Shown piece by piece: positions 1 to 37,481 of a stretch of DNA of 64,000 nucleotides. This DNA comes from the human T2T-CHM13v2.0 reference genome, Homo sapiens, in assembly GCF_009914755.1 (NCBI RefSeq), contig NC_060943.1. One strand, given 5' to 3'. Within the stretch, counting starts at the first letter, position 1. Each line of letters begins with the position of its first letter. The notes below the pieces were generated by a model. That model saw nothing but the letters and a program-made list of their open reading frames with translations, made no database searches and was not told the origin of the DNA. The position numbers were made by a program, and so were the translations under genes.

Positions 1-791
1 CCGGTCCCTTGATCTAGGATTTCTGGTCTCCAGGACCATGAGACAACCATTTCCTGTTGTTTAACCCGCTCATTTCATGGTACTTTGTTACAGAACCCCA
101 GGGAACTAACACACCACCTATTTTGCCTATTGTTTTGCAATCCTTTGCCACATGCAGGTATGTTTTACCCTATTATGGCCATAATAGTATAGGTCATAAG
201 AGTTCCCCATGCTTCTAGGTAATCCTAACAGTTTTTGAAACAGGAAAAATGTGCTCACACTCATTAGTAGTCACAGAAATGCAAATGAGATGACCAGGAG
301 ATATTATTCCATGCACACCACATTGGGGAAAATTAAGAAGACTCACTAAGTATTGGTGAAGATATGGAGCAACCAGGGCATTCATACACTGCTTGTGTGA
401 GTATAAATTGGAGCAATTGGTCTGGAAGCAGTTCAGCTCTGTACAGTTGAGTTGAGGGCACACACACCCTTGCAGGTCCACTCCTAGGTGTATATCTAAG
501 AGGATTGTGTGCTTATTTGCACCAGGAGGCATGTATAAGAATGTTCATCACAATTTTTTGTAATAGACAAAATGAAGAATAAGCCAAATACCCATTTGGG
601 TACAATGAGGAATAAACGGTGTTATATCCAAACAATGGAGAAGCATACATCAATGAAAATGAGCTCACTAAAACTACATATGAGCACTTGGAGGAATCTT
701 CCACATTTTATAATGTTGAACGACAAACAAATGAACAAGACATGAAATGCTACATAAACAGTGTCTATTCATAAGTAAAAAAAATTGTTCA

Positions 792-955
792 GGCCAAGTG
801 TGGTGACACATACCTGTAGTCCTAGCAACTTGGGATGCTGAGGCAGGAGGATCACTTGGGGCCAGGAGTTCAAGGTTGTGGTGAGTTAGAATTTCACAAC
901 TGCACTCCAGCCTGGGTGACAGAAAGAGACCCTATCTTTAAAAAAAGAAAAAAAA
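792..955 (+). mobile_element. Alu monomer (FLAM/AluJ-like)
   Basis: Alu consensus similarity with A tail. Confidence 0.75.
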
Positions 956-1003
956 AGTGTTCAAAGCAGTTCTTGCAATTTACTCTTAAAAGAATCAGCA
1001 ATG

Positions 1004-1311
<308 letters not shown>

Positions 1312-1339
1312 AAAAGAATCAGCAATGAAGAGTATGAAA

Positions 1340-1368
1340 TAGATACATAGGTAGGTAGGTAGATAGAT

Positions 1369-1418
<50 letters not shown>

Positions 1419-1428
1419 CAGACAGATA
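1340..1428. repeat. (TAGA)n tetranucleotide STR
   Basis: Direct reading of the sequence. Confidence 0.9.
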
Positions 1429-1519
1429 CCTCAATAATACAAACGTGGCAGAGTGTTAGCAAAGAGTGAATCTAGTTGAAGGGCATACCAGTTCATTGTA
1501 CTATTTCATGGGTCTCAAT

Positions 1520-2680
<1,161 letters not shown>

Positions 2681-2850
2681 AACAGAGTGAGACTCTTTCT
2701 CATATTTATATTGAGTATCACAGTCTTCTAAATAATTCCAATGTATTGAAATATAATGCCCTAATCCTGATATTTGTTGTTTTAGGTCACTACGTTTTGG
2801 TGGGGGGCTGACTTGTTACATAGTAATAGACAACTATTACACAGGCTTAA

Positions 2851-3226
<376 letters not shown>

Positions 3227-3552
3227 TGGCCTTAATAAGTACTTTTTGAAAGCACAAATGAACTATACAATTGGAGTTTATCATACAGAAGCACAGTCCA
3301 ACTGGGACCCAACTGTGTCAGTGTCACTCCCAGATACCTTGCCTATCAGCACTTCCTTATGACAACCACGTTAAAAGCATATGTTACCTGTTCATGAAAT
3401 AAATCGCAATTAAAGGACAACTGCTCAAGTTCTAGCCAACTTCTTGGGGGTGAGTCTGGGGAGAAGTTTAGAAGCAATATTTCTGACAAATAAATAGCGA
3501 TATCGTGTGGTACTAGTGTTGATCGTGTTTGTCATTTATTCAGAAATGTTTA

Positions 3553-4170
<618 letters not shown>

Positions 4171-4171
4171 G

Positions 4172-4598
<427 letters not shown>

Positions 4599-5710
4599 GG
4601 GGAAGGAAGGGGCGGGGGAGGGGAGAGAAGGAGAAATATTTACTGAATTATGTCTAGGCTCTCTTCAAGCAGGTGTCTTAGATGGGTCTCCAGAAGCAGA
4701 TTGAGATAAAGAGCCTGGTGTTGGGCCTATTGTTAAGTGTGAGCCTTAATCGGAGAGGGGGTGCGGTTCACTGGGAACCTCTAGAGGACAGTGTAGGAAA
4801 TGCACTGAGTTATTCCAGGAAAAGGGCTGGAGGGTGGGGGGTTGAAGGATTCATCTGCCAGCAACCATCAGTCCTTGGTTAAGAACCAATCAATGAGAGG
4901 TTAATTTCCCAACACTTCTGGGCTTGTCTGAGAGGCAGAGTGAGATCCAGCTACAGGAAGCTCTGCAGCAAAGAGACGTTGGCAGTTGGAAGACAGGATA
5001 GTAAATATTGCAACAGCAATATGCAAAGAGTTACAGGCAGAGCTCTAACAGAATCTACTATAATTGAATAAACAGAACAAGAACAGACAGGACAAAACAG
5101 ATCTCTCTGCCTTATGGAACTTGCAGCTCGATGAAGAAGACAAACGATAAAGGATTGCGTATCCTATCTGCTTTCAATAAACTAGAAAACAAACACTCTC
5201 TCAGAGCAATAAAATGCTATGACAAAAACGGATCATGGGATAAAAATTATCTGGGATGGGGGGCTGTTTAGATAGAGGAGGAAGAGCTTGGATGAAAAGG
5301 TGCCATTTCAGCCAATCCTGGAATCAGATGAGACTCAGTCACAAAAGAGCTGGGAGAAAAGCATTCCAAGCACAGGGAACCGCAAATCCAAAGGCTGTGA
5401 GAGAAGAACAGAGAGTCTATCAGGGAATCAGAATTGAGCCCAGGGCGGCCAAGTGCAGAGAGGGAGGGAGAGCAGCTGGGAAGGAGGTTTGAGGGGTCTG
5501 CAGGGATCAGTGGTGCCGAGTCCCTTATGCTAAGAGATAAATGTTTGTAGCAGGATCTTATTGGGAGACATTCACTGAGGTTTCCTTCAGCTCCCACCCC
5601 CTTGCACTTCCATGTGCCCCCATCGCTTTCAGAAAAAGAAGAAGCGCCTCCTATATGCACAGCAGAGAGGGCAGGCAGAGCTCATTCAATGAGCACACGT
5701 TAGAATTCTT

Positions 5711-6335
<625 letters not shown>

Positions 6336-7222
6336 TTGTTGCCATTGATTTCCAAGATACACAAATAACAGTCTCAAAAGACCTTTTGAGATCTGCAAGA
6401 GCCAGGCTTTCTGAGGCAGGAAGTAATAATGGCCACGTTTATAGTGCATTTTCTATAAAGTGGCACAGCTCTGAGCCCCTTATATTTAGTCCCTGGGATG
6501 AGTCTGACGTAGGTGCTGTTGTCTCCATTATATGGTTGGGAAGCCAAAGCACAGAGAAAGGAATTAACTTGCCCAAGTCACACAGCAGAGCTGAGGCTTG
6601 AGCCCAAGCAGTCCCGCTCCAGATCCCATGCCTTTGGGTGGTGTTTGCATCCAGTGGTCTGGCTTTGAATCTCTAGAGCCAAAAGGGATGACCCTGACCC
6701 TGACCCCACCCCAAAATGGGCCAGGGAGGCCTGTGCTGGGAATGGAGGAGGAACTTAGAGGTGAAAGGATGGGGATGCACCTTCCCCCCGACACTCTTAT
6801 GAGAGCACCTGGCACACAGTTGGGAGGGAGGGGTGCTCAGGTAGCATCTGCTGGACAGGCTGCCTGTGCAGCATCAGGGACCCAGAAGAGAAAGGGACTC
6901 AGAGCCTCAATATTGCCCCTTAAATCCATCCTAAAACCTGGTCCCTCTCCTGCTCAAGCACCTCCCATAGCTCCTTATTGCCCACATGATAAAGTCCATT
7001 GTTGGGCTCTGAACCTGCGATCCATGTGGTCAGCCAGAGAGGCAGTCAGGGTCTTGGCTTCAGAGACCCTGCCCCACTTCCACCCACACACACCCTGGAT
7101 CCTTGCAGTCCCCAAGCAGCCCCTGCTGGCTTTAGATGAGACTCAGGCAGAGATGACAAACATTTTATTCCTGGGAATCTGCAAAGGTGGGTGGGTGGGG
7201 TTAGGGTGGATCCCTGCAGGCC

Positions 7223-7388
7223 TCAGCTCAGTGGCTCCACCAGCAGCTAAAGTCCGCCCTCCGCATGCATGATCAGGTCTGGCTTCCTGCCGGGCTCCAT
7301 GTGGTGCCGCAGGAAGCGGAAGCCCAGCAGCGTGAGCGCCAGGACCACCTTCATCTCGGCCACGGCGAACACCTGCCCCATGCAGATC
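7223..7388 (-). pseudogene. Detached CYP4F terminal exon (exon 13 homolog), CYP4F pseudogene fragment
   Basis: ccgcag|G ATC TGC ATG GGG CAG... = [56 protein letters not shown] at 7249-7247 replaces Trp; ancestral TGA at 7225-7223; 166 nt like CYP4F2 exon 13; AATAAA at 7169-7164; no upstream exons nearby. Confidence 0.9.
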
Positions 7389-7820
7389 CTGCGGGCGGAT
7401 GAGAGGACTCTGACTGTGCCCAAGACCCGCATCCTGGCTCCATCCCGGCACCATCCCCCAAACCAGGCACAGCTCTGAGAGGATTACTGTCTGCAAAACA
7501 GAAAAGCAATGCTGCAAAATGAAATAAATATACATTAGATATATAGCCTAAGTTATGTCACATTCATTTCTCTTTGCCTTTAGAGTTCATAGTTAAATTT
7601 TTTATTCCAAAATGATGAATATTCCCATAAAAAAGACAAGTAAGCAAAAGTAAGAAATAGAAGTTATCCACAATCCCATGTCAAAATAATCACTGTAAAT
7701 ATTCTCTCACACGTCCAGGTTTTTTTATTTATATGTAATCTTTTTATCTGGGAAAATGCTTATTAATATCTAAATTTATTACATTTACGTGCAATATTTT
7801 TGTTTAAAAATGCTATTTTA

Positions 7821-8522
<702 letters not shown>

Positions 8523-8797
8523 TGATGCTTCTTCACAGCCCCTAGGATGGCTGGAATCTAAACATGGGAAAATAACAAACATCAGCTAGTATGAAAGTGA
8601 GGCTAAGAGAAGAACTGTTTTAAGATTGAGGAAATATAGCATTATATGTATTCCAACAGGAATGATCAAATAGAGTGTAGGATACACGGTCAATAAACAA
8701 AACTCAATTATATTTCTACATCCCACATATTTCACTGTTACAGGTAAGAACTCTTTGGCCGGGCATGGTGGCTCGCCCCTGTAATCCCGGCTACTCA

Positions 8798-9085
<288 letters not shown>

Positions 9086-9127
9086 TCATAAACATTAAAA
9101 CCTTTCGCTCTATAAAAGAAACTTCAG

Positions 9128-9910
9128 GGCTGGGCTCGGTGGCTCACACCTGTAATCCCAGCACTGTGGGAGACTGAGGCAGGTGTGTTAGATATGAGTT
9201 CTAAATTTCTTTTCAAAGAATCAATATGTCAGGATGTTCAATTCTTTGCCTTCTACTTTTAAATTTAACTTCCTCATAAAGCAGCCTTTTCGGATTACCT
9301 GTTCCACCCTGACTCATTCCTATTACCTACTCCACCGTGACTCATTCTGATTACCTGCTCTGTCATAACCATTTTTCCCGCCAAACCACTCATCCCACCA
9401 CTCTCTTTAAATTAGCCAATCGGAATTAGTTTAGCCTGTGTGGTCTAACCCTAGCCAATAGGGGAACGACACAGCAGCAGGGGCCACATGCATCAAGGAT
9501 AAGAACCCCTTCCCCTCCCTTGTCCAAGTGTGAGCTCACCATTGCTCCATCTGTAAGGGTGCACCCTTCTATAGAAGTACCTTTCCTTGCTGAGAATTAA
9601 AAAGAAAATTTTATATTCGAGTGATATTTCTTTTGCGGCACCAAAACTTTACTTATAACAGGTGGATCACCTGAGGTCAGGAGTTCGAGACCAGCCTGGT
9701 CAACAACGTGAAACCTCGTCTATACTAAAAATACAAAAACTAGCGGGGCATGGTGGCAGGCACCTATAGTCCCAAGGCTGAGACAGGAGAATTGCTTGAA
9801 CTCAGGAGATGGAGATTGCAGTGAGCCAAGATGGCGCCACTGCACTCCAGCTGGGGCGACAGAGTGAGACTCTGTCTTAAAAAGGAAAAAAAAAAAGAAA
9901 AGAAAAAAAA
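9128..9910 (+). mobile_element. AluS split by LTR10
   Basis: Alu left arm ...gaggcaggtg resumes ggtggatcacctgaggtc at 9661. Confidence 0.88.
9186..9660 (+). mobile_element. Solo LTR10 (LTR10F-like, ERV1) inserted inside an Alu
   Basis: TGTTAGATATGAGTTCTAAAT...TTATAACA; TSD ggtg at 9182-9185 and 9661-9664; TGACTCA at 9310 and 9338; CCAAT at 9416 and 9455. Confidence 0.8.
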
Positions 9911-10234
9911 ACAGATAATGAAAAGGCTAGCCGCAGACTAGGGGAAAATACTTGCAAATCACACATCTGACAAAAGGCTTGTCTGCAAAATATAATCTAT
10001 AAAGAACTCTCAAAATCCAAAAATAAGAAAGCAAACAACCCAAGGAAAATTAATGGACAAAAGATTAGAACAGACACTTTACCAAAGAAAATACAAAGAA
10101 GGCACATGAAAAGATGGAGAAATGCAGACTAAAATCTCTGTGACATACCGCAGCATACCCACAAGGAAGACTGGAAAAAAAAACTGACACTATCAAGTAC
10201 AGGTGAGTATTTGGAGGAACTAGAATTCTCATAC

Positions 10235-11195
<961 letters not shown>

Positions 11196-11714
11196 ATATA
11201 TTCCTGATAGGAATTAAAAATGACATGGACCTTTTGGAAACAGTTTGATAGTTTCTCATCATGGTAAACATACACTGATAATATGCCCCAGCCATCCCAT
11301 TCTAACAGCAATGGGAATTTAGTTTCCCTGAAGAACCTGTGTACAAATATCCATAACAGTTTTATTCATAATATCCAAAAACCAGAAACAATCCACTTGC
11401 CCTTCAGCCACTGAACAAAGAGTGTCCTATCCATGCCCAGAAATTCTACCCAGCAATAAGAGGAAACAAGGTTTTGATACAGACAACATGGGAGACTCTC
11501 AGATGCTTTATACTAAGTGAAAGCAGCAAGACTCCTAGGCTCCCAATGGCATAACCCCATTCACACAACTATAGGAAGAAAGCAAATCTATGGGAAGACA
11601 GAAAACAGCAGTGGTTTTCAGGGGTCAGGAGTGGAAGGAGGTTTTTGACCACCAAGGGTGGCTGTGGCAGTAGTGGTTACATGACTCTAGCCATGTGTCA
11701 AAACTCTGAACTAT

Positions 11715-12790
<1,076 letters not shown>

Positions 12791-13401
12791 AGCAAATGTA
12801 GGCACCACCTGTCAAAGAGTCTCATCTACTCAGTCTAGAGTCTGTAGGGGTTCCCAGGTAATCTGATGTGCCTAGGGCTGAGACTCGCTTTGAAAATCAT
12901 GTCCTTGATACGATAAGGCATGACCTCTGATGCCAACTGCTCAGATTCACCCCCGACTCCACCCTTCACTGACTGACCTTGAACAAGTGAGTTCATCTAC
13001 AATCTGTAAGATCGATGTGAGGATGAAATCAGCATTTACCTGGGGGAGCTGAAAAGTCACCTTCTCCCTTCTCAGTGATCTACTTCTGTTAATACGACCA
13101 AAATATTCAGTGTCTGTGGAATTTCCAGATCATAACTGTTCTATGAAAGGTGTCTAACCACACCTGTATCTTACATGAATATTTGTGCATCTATTGCTGT
13201 GAAAATGAGACCTCTACCCCAAAAGTTACTTGATGAAGAATAACTCAATTTGTTACTAATAGTCAATGTATATGAAGCTAATTCTTACAAAGTGAGACAA
13301 AACACTTATTTTCTAATATGATGTCTTTTTTTAAATTAAGACTGATTTGAACACTTAACACACACATTTTGAGGACCACAAAATAATGTTTCCTAAGATG
13401 A

Positions 13402-13407
13402 TTTAAT
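13402..13407 (-). terminator. CYP4F2: CYP4F2 polyadenylation signal ATTAAA (3' end about 13384)
   Basis: tttaat on the + strand about 730 nt past the stop codon; most of the 3' UTR is an old L1 3' fragment. Confidence 0.65.
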
Positions 13408-14131
13408 GTCATGGAAAGATGCTCACAGCATATTATTATATGAACAACCTGGACAGAAAAAAAATGTATGTGAGATAAAATAGCAAATTTTTTTGATTGA
13501 GGTAGAATTCACATACCACGAAATTCACCATTTCAAAGTGTCCAATTCAATAGCATTTAGTGCACTCACAGTGTCGTGCTACCTTCGTCACTATCTAGGT
13601 CCGGAACATTTTCACCATCCCGGGAGGAAACCCCATACTGATTAGCAGTCGCTCCTCAGTCCCACCTCCCCACAGCTGCTGAAAGCCACCAATCCGCTAT
13701 GCATCTCTTCAGATTGGCCTGTTCTGGAAATTTCGTATAAAAGGACAGTACACTATGTGACCTTTTGCATCTGACGTCTTTCATTCAGTATCATGCATTC
13801 AAGGTTCATCCACAGTGTAGTAGGGATCACTGCTTCATTCCTTTTTATGGCTGTGTAATACTCCATTGTATGGATGGACCACATTTTGTTTATCCTTTCA
13901 TCTGGTAATATATAGCTTGGGGTTGTTTTCATCGTTTGGCTACTGTGAATAGGGCCGCCATGAACATTCACGCACAAGCGTCTTTCTGTTTGAACACTTG
14001 TCTCAATTATTTTGAGTAGATATCTAGGATGGAATACAGGACTGTGGAACAGGGTCTTAGGGTAATTCTAGGCTTCACTTTTGATGAATCAGGGGTCATT
14101 TTAGTGGGGTCAGAGTGGGTCTCTGCAGAAC

Positions 14132-32843
<18,712 letters not shown>

Positions 32844-33261
32844 CCTGCAGGGCAGGCGGGATGGACGGTGAGATCCTGAGGCCCAGAGAAGGGCCCAGGG
32901 ACCTCCAGGGACAGTGGAGAGGCAGGGACGGGCGGTGCCGGAGGTAGAGCAGGGAGGGCTCAGGGATGGGTAAAAAGGGGCTGAGAGGTAAAGTCCAGAA
33001 AGGCCCAACCAAAACCAGCAGCCAAGTGGCCTCCAGTTCCCTAGTAAGCACTTAGAATGGGAAAGAGAGAGAGAGAGAGACTGATTAAAGTCCAGAAAGG
33101 CCCAGCCTGAATCACTGTGAGGTTGCCAGGGGCTTGGTTTCAGTTACTCGGAAACCACCCATCCTCCAGGCCAGCACCCAGGAGCTGCGTGGGCCTTGGG
33201 CAGTGCCCCTCTCCATCCCAGGCCAGGACCCCCCCCAGGCCTGCCACCCCCAGCCTGGCAC

Positions 33262-33310
33262 CTTCTGTCAGGAGCAGTCTGTCCCAGACAACCTCCTCTC
33301 TCTGTCTGCT
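33262..33310 (-). other. CYP4F2: CYP4F2 non-coding exon 1 (5' UTR); TSS approximate
   Basis: ...GACAGAAG|GTGCCA donor at 33262/33261 joins the exon 2 acceptor CAG|GATG; TATA-like box about 27 nt upstream. Confidence 0.8.
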
Positions 33311-33440
33311 GGGAGGCCTTTGACCCTGGCCCTTGATATAGCAAAGGCTGTGGGAGGGCTGGCTGGGTTGGGCTGGGCCAACCAATCCCTGCAGCCTGGA
33401 TGTGTCTCCTGAGCCTGGGCAGCCAATCAACACCTGGCGT
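33311..33440 (-). promoter_or_regulatory. CYP4F2: CYP4F2 proximal promoter
   Basis: DR1/HNF4-like GGGTCAAAGGCCT (33314-33326), TATA-like TATATC (33335-33340), CCAAT boxes at 33382-33386 and 33423-33427. Confidence 0.7.
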
Positions 33441-33479
33441 CAGGCCAGCTGGGTGCAGAGGAATCAGCTCAGGGTCCAG

Positions 33480-33754
33480 ATGGATGGGTAGATGCACAGA
33501 TAGATAGAGTAGATAGGATGGATACATTAGGTAGATAGATAAAGTAGATATATATAATGGATATATTAGACAGATGGATAGATAGCTATTAATAGATGAT
33601 AGATAGATACATAGATAATAGGATAAATAGATGGAATGGATAAACGTACAGCTAAGATGGATTGATGGATGGATGGGTAGGCAAATATATATATAGATGA
33701 GAAATTAGATAGATAGGATGAATAGATTAGATAGACACACCCAGAAATAATGTT
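33480..33754. repeat. Inverted repeat, right arm
   Basis: Ends ...ATAGACACACCCAGAAATAATGTT, the reverse complement of the left-arm start AACATTATTTCTGGGTGTGTCT. Confidence 0.8.
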
Positions 33755-34371
33755 CCATCTCTGTCCCAGATATGTGGGATCCTCATTTGTGACATGGGAA
33801 CTAGGGATCTTGGATCACTCCAATCACTCCAGATGCTACAAGGCCAGTGACTTACTCAGTATGATGCTGAGGAACATGACCATCAGAAACAGGATCAGAG
33901 TCACTCTCAAGCAAAAAAAAAAAAAAAAAAAAAAAAAACTCCAAGGATTAAATGATTTTTCCCATTGTCCTGGGGAGAAATTAATCCAAGGGAGGTCACA
34001 GGAGGGCAAATAATTCCCCAACACCACCACCACCACCATGAGCATACCATCACCCATGGAGTTTTCTGATTTACTCTTTGGCCCATTAAGCGTGAAATTT
34101 CTTATGCTAGGTTTCTTTCTGATAAGGGAGAAGAGATTAGTATCTCTACATTTCCTCTCCTCCTGCTACCTAGTCTCTGTATTCTAGGTTAAATTATAAT
34201 TTATGTTGAGGATTTACAATGGCTGATACACCTAGCTGAGCCTTCTGCACAGAGATACATTGGGAGTGGAGGTTAATTGGGTCAAAGGAGAAATGCCATA
34301 AGCCCACACTCCAGCCTATCAGGGTGGATTAAAGGTCTGATTTGCCCAACTCTTGTCACACCTGCTCCCAC

Positions 34372-35841
34372 TGAGAGGTGACAGCATGCTGGCAGTCCTC
34401 ACAGCCCTCACTCGCTCTCGGCGCCTCCTCTGCCTGGGCTCCCACTTTGGCGGCACTTGAGGAGCCCTTCAGCCCACCGCTGCACTGTGGGAGCCCCTTT
34501 CTTTTCTCTTCTTTTCTTTTTTTTGGATTTTTTTATTATTATTATTATACTTTAAGTTTTAGGGTACATGCGCACAATGTGCAGGTTAGTTACATATGTA
34601 TACATGTGCCATGCTGGTGCGCTGCACCCACTAACTCGTCATCTAGCATTAGGTATATCTCCCAATGCTATCCCTCCCCCCTCCCCCCACCCCACAACAG
34701 TCCCCAGAGTGTGATGTTCCCCTTCCTGTGTCCATATGTTCTCATTGTGTAGGGACATGGATGAAATTGGAAATCATCATTCTCAGTAAACTATCGCAAG
34801 AACAAAAAACCAAACACCGCATATTCTCACTTATAGGTGTAGGAGCCCCTTTCTAGGCTGGCCAAGGCCAGAGCCGGCTCCCTCAGCTTGCAGGGAGGTA
34901 TGGAGGGAGAGGCGCGAGTACGAACCGGGGCTGCGCGCGGCACTTGCGGGCCAGCTAGAGTTCCAGGTGGGCGTAGGCTTGGCAGGCCCCGCACTCGGAG
35001 CAGCCGGCCGGCCCTGCCAGCCCCGGGCAATGAGGGGCTTAGCACCCGGGCCAGCGGCTGCTCGGGAAGGTGTACTCGGTCCCCCAGCAGTGCCAGCCCA
35101 CCGGCGCTGCGCTCGATTTCTCGCCGGGCCTTAGCTGCCTTCCCGCGGGGCAGGGCCCAGGACCTGCAGCCCGCCATGCCTGAGCCCCCGGCCTCCGTAG
35201 GTTCCTGTGCAGCCCGAGCCTCCCCAATGAGCGCCGCCCCCTGCTCCAGGGCGCCCAGTCCCATCGACCACCCAAGGGCTGAGGAGTGCGAGCGCACGGC
35301 GCGGGACTGGCAGGCAGCTCCACCTGCAGCCCCGGTGCGGGATCCACTGGGTGAAGCCAGCTGGGCTTCTGAGTCTGGTGGGGACGTGGAGAACCTTTGT
35401 GTCTAGCTCAAGGATTGTAAACGCACCAATCAGCGCCCTGTCAAAACAGACCACTTGGCTCTACCAATCAGCAGGACATAGGTAGGGCCAGATAAGAGAA
35501 TAAAAGCAGGCTGCCCGAGCCAGCAGTGGCAACCCGCTCAGGCCCCCTTCCACACTGTGGAAGCTTTGTTCTTTCACTCTTTGCAATAAATCTTGCTGCT
35601 GCTCACTCTTTAGGTTCACACTGCTTTTATGAGCTGTAACACTCACCGCGAAAGTCTGCAGCTTCACTCCTGAGCCAGCGAGACCACGAACCCACCAGAA
35701 GGAAGAAACTCCGAACACATCTGAACATCAGAAAGAACAAACTCCAGACGCGCCACCTTAAGAGCTGTAACACTCACCGCGAGGGTCCGCGGCTTCATTC
35801 TTGAAGTCAGTGAGACCAAGAACCCACCAATTCCGGACACA
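34372..35841 (+). mobile_element. Solo LTR12 (ERV9 LTR, LTR12C-like)
   Basis: Starts TGAGAGGTGACAGC, ends CCAATTCCGGACACA; 4-bp TSD ccac/ccat; GC-rich U3; CCAAT at 35426 and 35464, GATA at 35490, AATAAAA box at 35499, polyA signal at 35585. Confidence 0.92.
34503..34837 (-). mobile_element. Short 5'-inverted young L1PA (L1PA2/3-like) inserted in LTR12
   Basis: L1 3' end in reverse (about 34503-34748) joined to a forward L1 segment (about 34749-34837); 17-bp TSD tgt(g/a)ggagcccctttct at 34486-34502 and 34838-34854. Confidence 0.88.
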
Positions 35842-36524
35842 CCATTGTCTGAGTAAGTTTGGGTGCCAGGACTATGAGGTCGTGTGAAGACTTCCAGCCC
35901 CATACCTGCAGAACAGTCTGCAGCTCACTCTGCTCTGAACTGCCCCAACTTTGCACAGATATTCTCCATTCCTCGAAATGAAACTGTATCCTTCAAAGCT
36001 CACACATTTCGCTTATTGGCTCAGCGTAGGGAGCAAGTTCTCTAGATAGCTTACTACCAAATAAAATGGTGGAGAAGGGAACCCAGGCAGCTGGGCACAA
36101 AAAAGGAATGAGCAACAAGCTTCCTCTCTGAACATGATTTTCTGTGTAAGGTCTTGGACACTCCCTCGACTGCTTCCAGCCATCTGCCTCATGCTAGGTT
36201 TCTAGTTAATGTGGAATGAAAACTCTCACATCTTCCTTCTAGATGTAGCTGTGGTAATTGCAACTTAGGCAGTTGTGCTTGAGAATCTTCTTCTTAATAC
36301 CACATGGCAAGGTCATTCCCCAATGCTTTTATTTACCTTCACTTGAATTTTTATATTAAACATTGGATTGAACAAGAACGGAGAAGAGAATCACAATTAT
36401 TGTGTAGATGCTACATTGTAGTTACATTTTCTCTTGTAATTATTACAGTGCTGGGACTATTCGAGCTTTAAAATCCTTTCTGAAGATCCTAAAGCTACTC
36501 AGTGGTTCTGCTGGCATTAGGGGT

Positions 36525-37041
36525 TGATATGGTTTGGGTCTGTCTGTGTCCCTTCCCAAATCTCATGTTGAATTGTAATCCCCAATGCTGGATGTGGCGC
36601 CTGGTGGGAGGTGTTTGGATCATGGGGGCGGATCCCTCATGGCTTGATGTGGTCTTCGTGTTAGTGAGTTCTTGCAAGATATGGTTATTTAAAACTGTGT
36701 AGCACCTGACCCTCTCTCTCTTGCTCCTGCTTTTGCCAAGTGATGTGCCCGCTCCCACTTTGCCTTCTAACACGAGTAAAAGCTCCCTGAGGCCTCCCCA
36801 GAACCAGATGCCACTATGCTTCCTGTACAGCCTGCAGAACCGTGATCCAGTTAAACCTCTTTTGTTTACAAATTACCCAGTCTCAGGTATTTCCTTTTTT
36901 TTTTTTTTTTTTTTTTGGTCTTAAACTCCAAGCCTCAAGCAATTCTCCCACCTTGGCATCCTAAAATGCTGGGATTACAGGCATGAGCCACCATACCCAG
37001 CCAGGTATTTCTTTATAGCAACACAAGAGTGGCCTAATACA
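36525..37041 (+). mobile_element. MaLR LTR (MST-like) with Alu fragment at about 36895-37002
   Basis: TGATATGGTTTGG...CCCAAATCTCATGTTGAATTGTAATCCCC...CTAATACA. Confidence 0.8.
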
Positions 37042-37481
37042 GAGGGATATTGCCAATGATTTAATAGTAGTCTTCTTTTCTGTATGTCACTCTGCTTGAC
37101 TAACCTTAAACAGTCTCTTTAAATAATTTGTAAGATTCACCTAACTACACTTTTCATATTGTCCTTCAATCCTTGCACTTATGGCATAAACATGTTTTAT
37201 GATTATTATATAGGTATTTAAATAATGCATATGGGTCCTATATTTCTCTATCAATGTTATAATTTTTACCAGCTACATAATTTTGAATCACATGTATATA
37301 CCATCATTTACCTTCCATCCATCCAAAAGATACGAGAAGGGGAAAGAAAAGAATAAAAGGTAAGTGCTAATAGATAATCCGAATAGGCCTATATCTATTA
37401 AATCGATTGAAACAATAATTAATAACCTTCCAAAACAGAAAGCCAAGACCCCAATTTGTTCACTGATTAATTCTACTAGAC

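Noticed and set aside
6598-7272. 224-aa plus-strand ORF
   Set aside because: Non-ATG start, antisense to the orphan exon and its UTR, no recognisable domain; the paralogous CYP4F11 region has only shorter broken frames
34827-35903. Overlapping 100-170 aa ORFs
   Set aside because: Stop-poor GC-rich LTR12 sequence with no recognisable protein family
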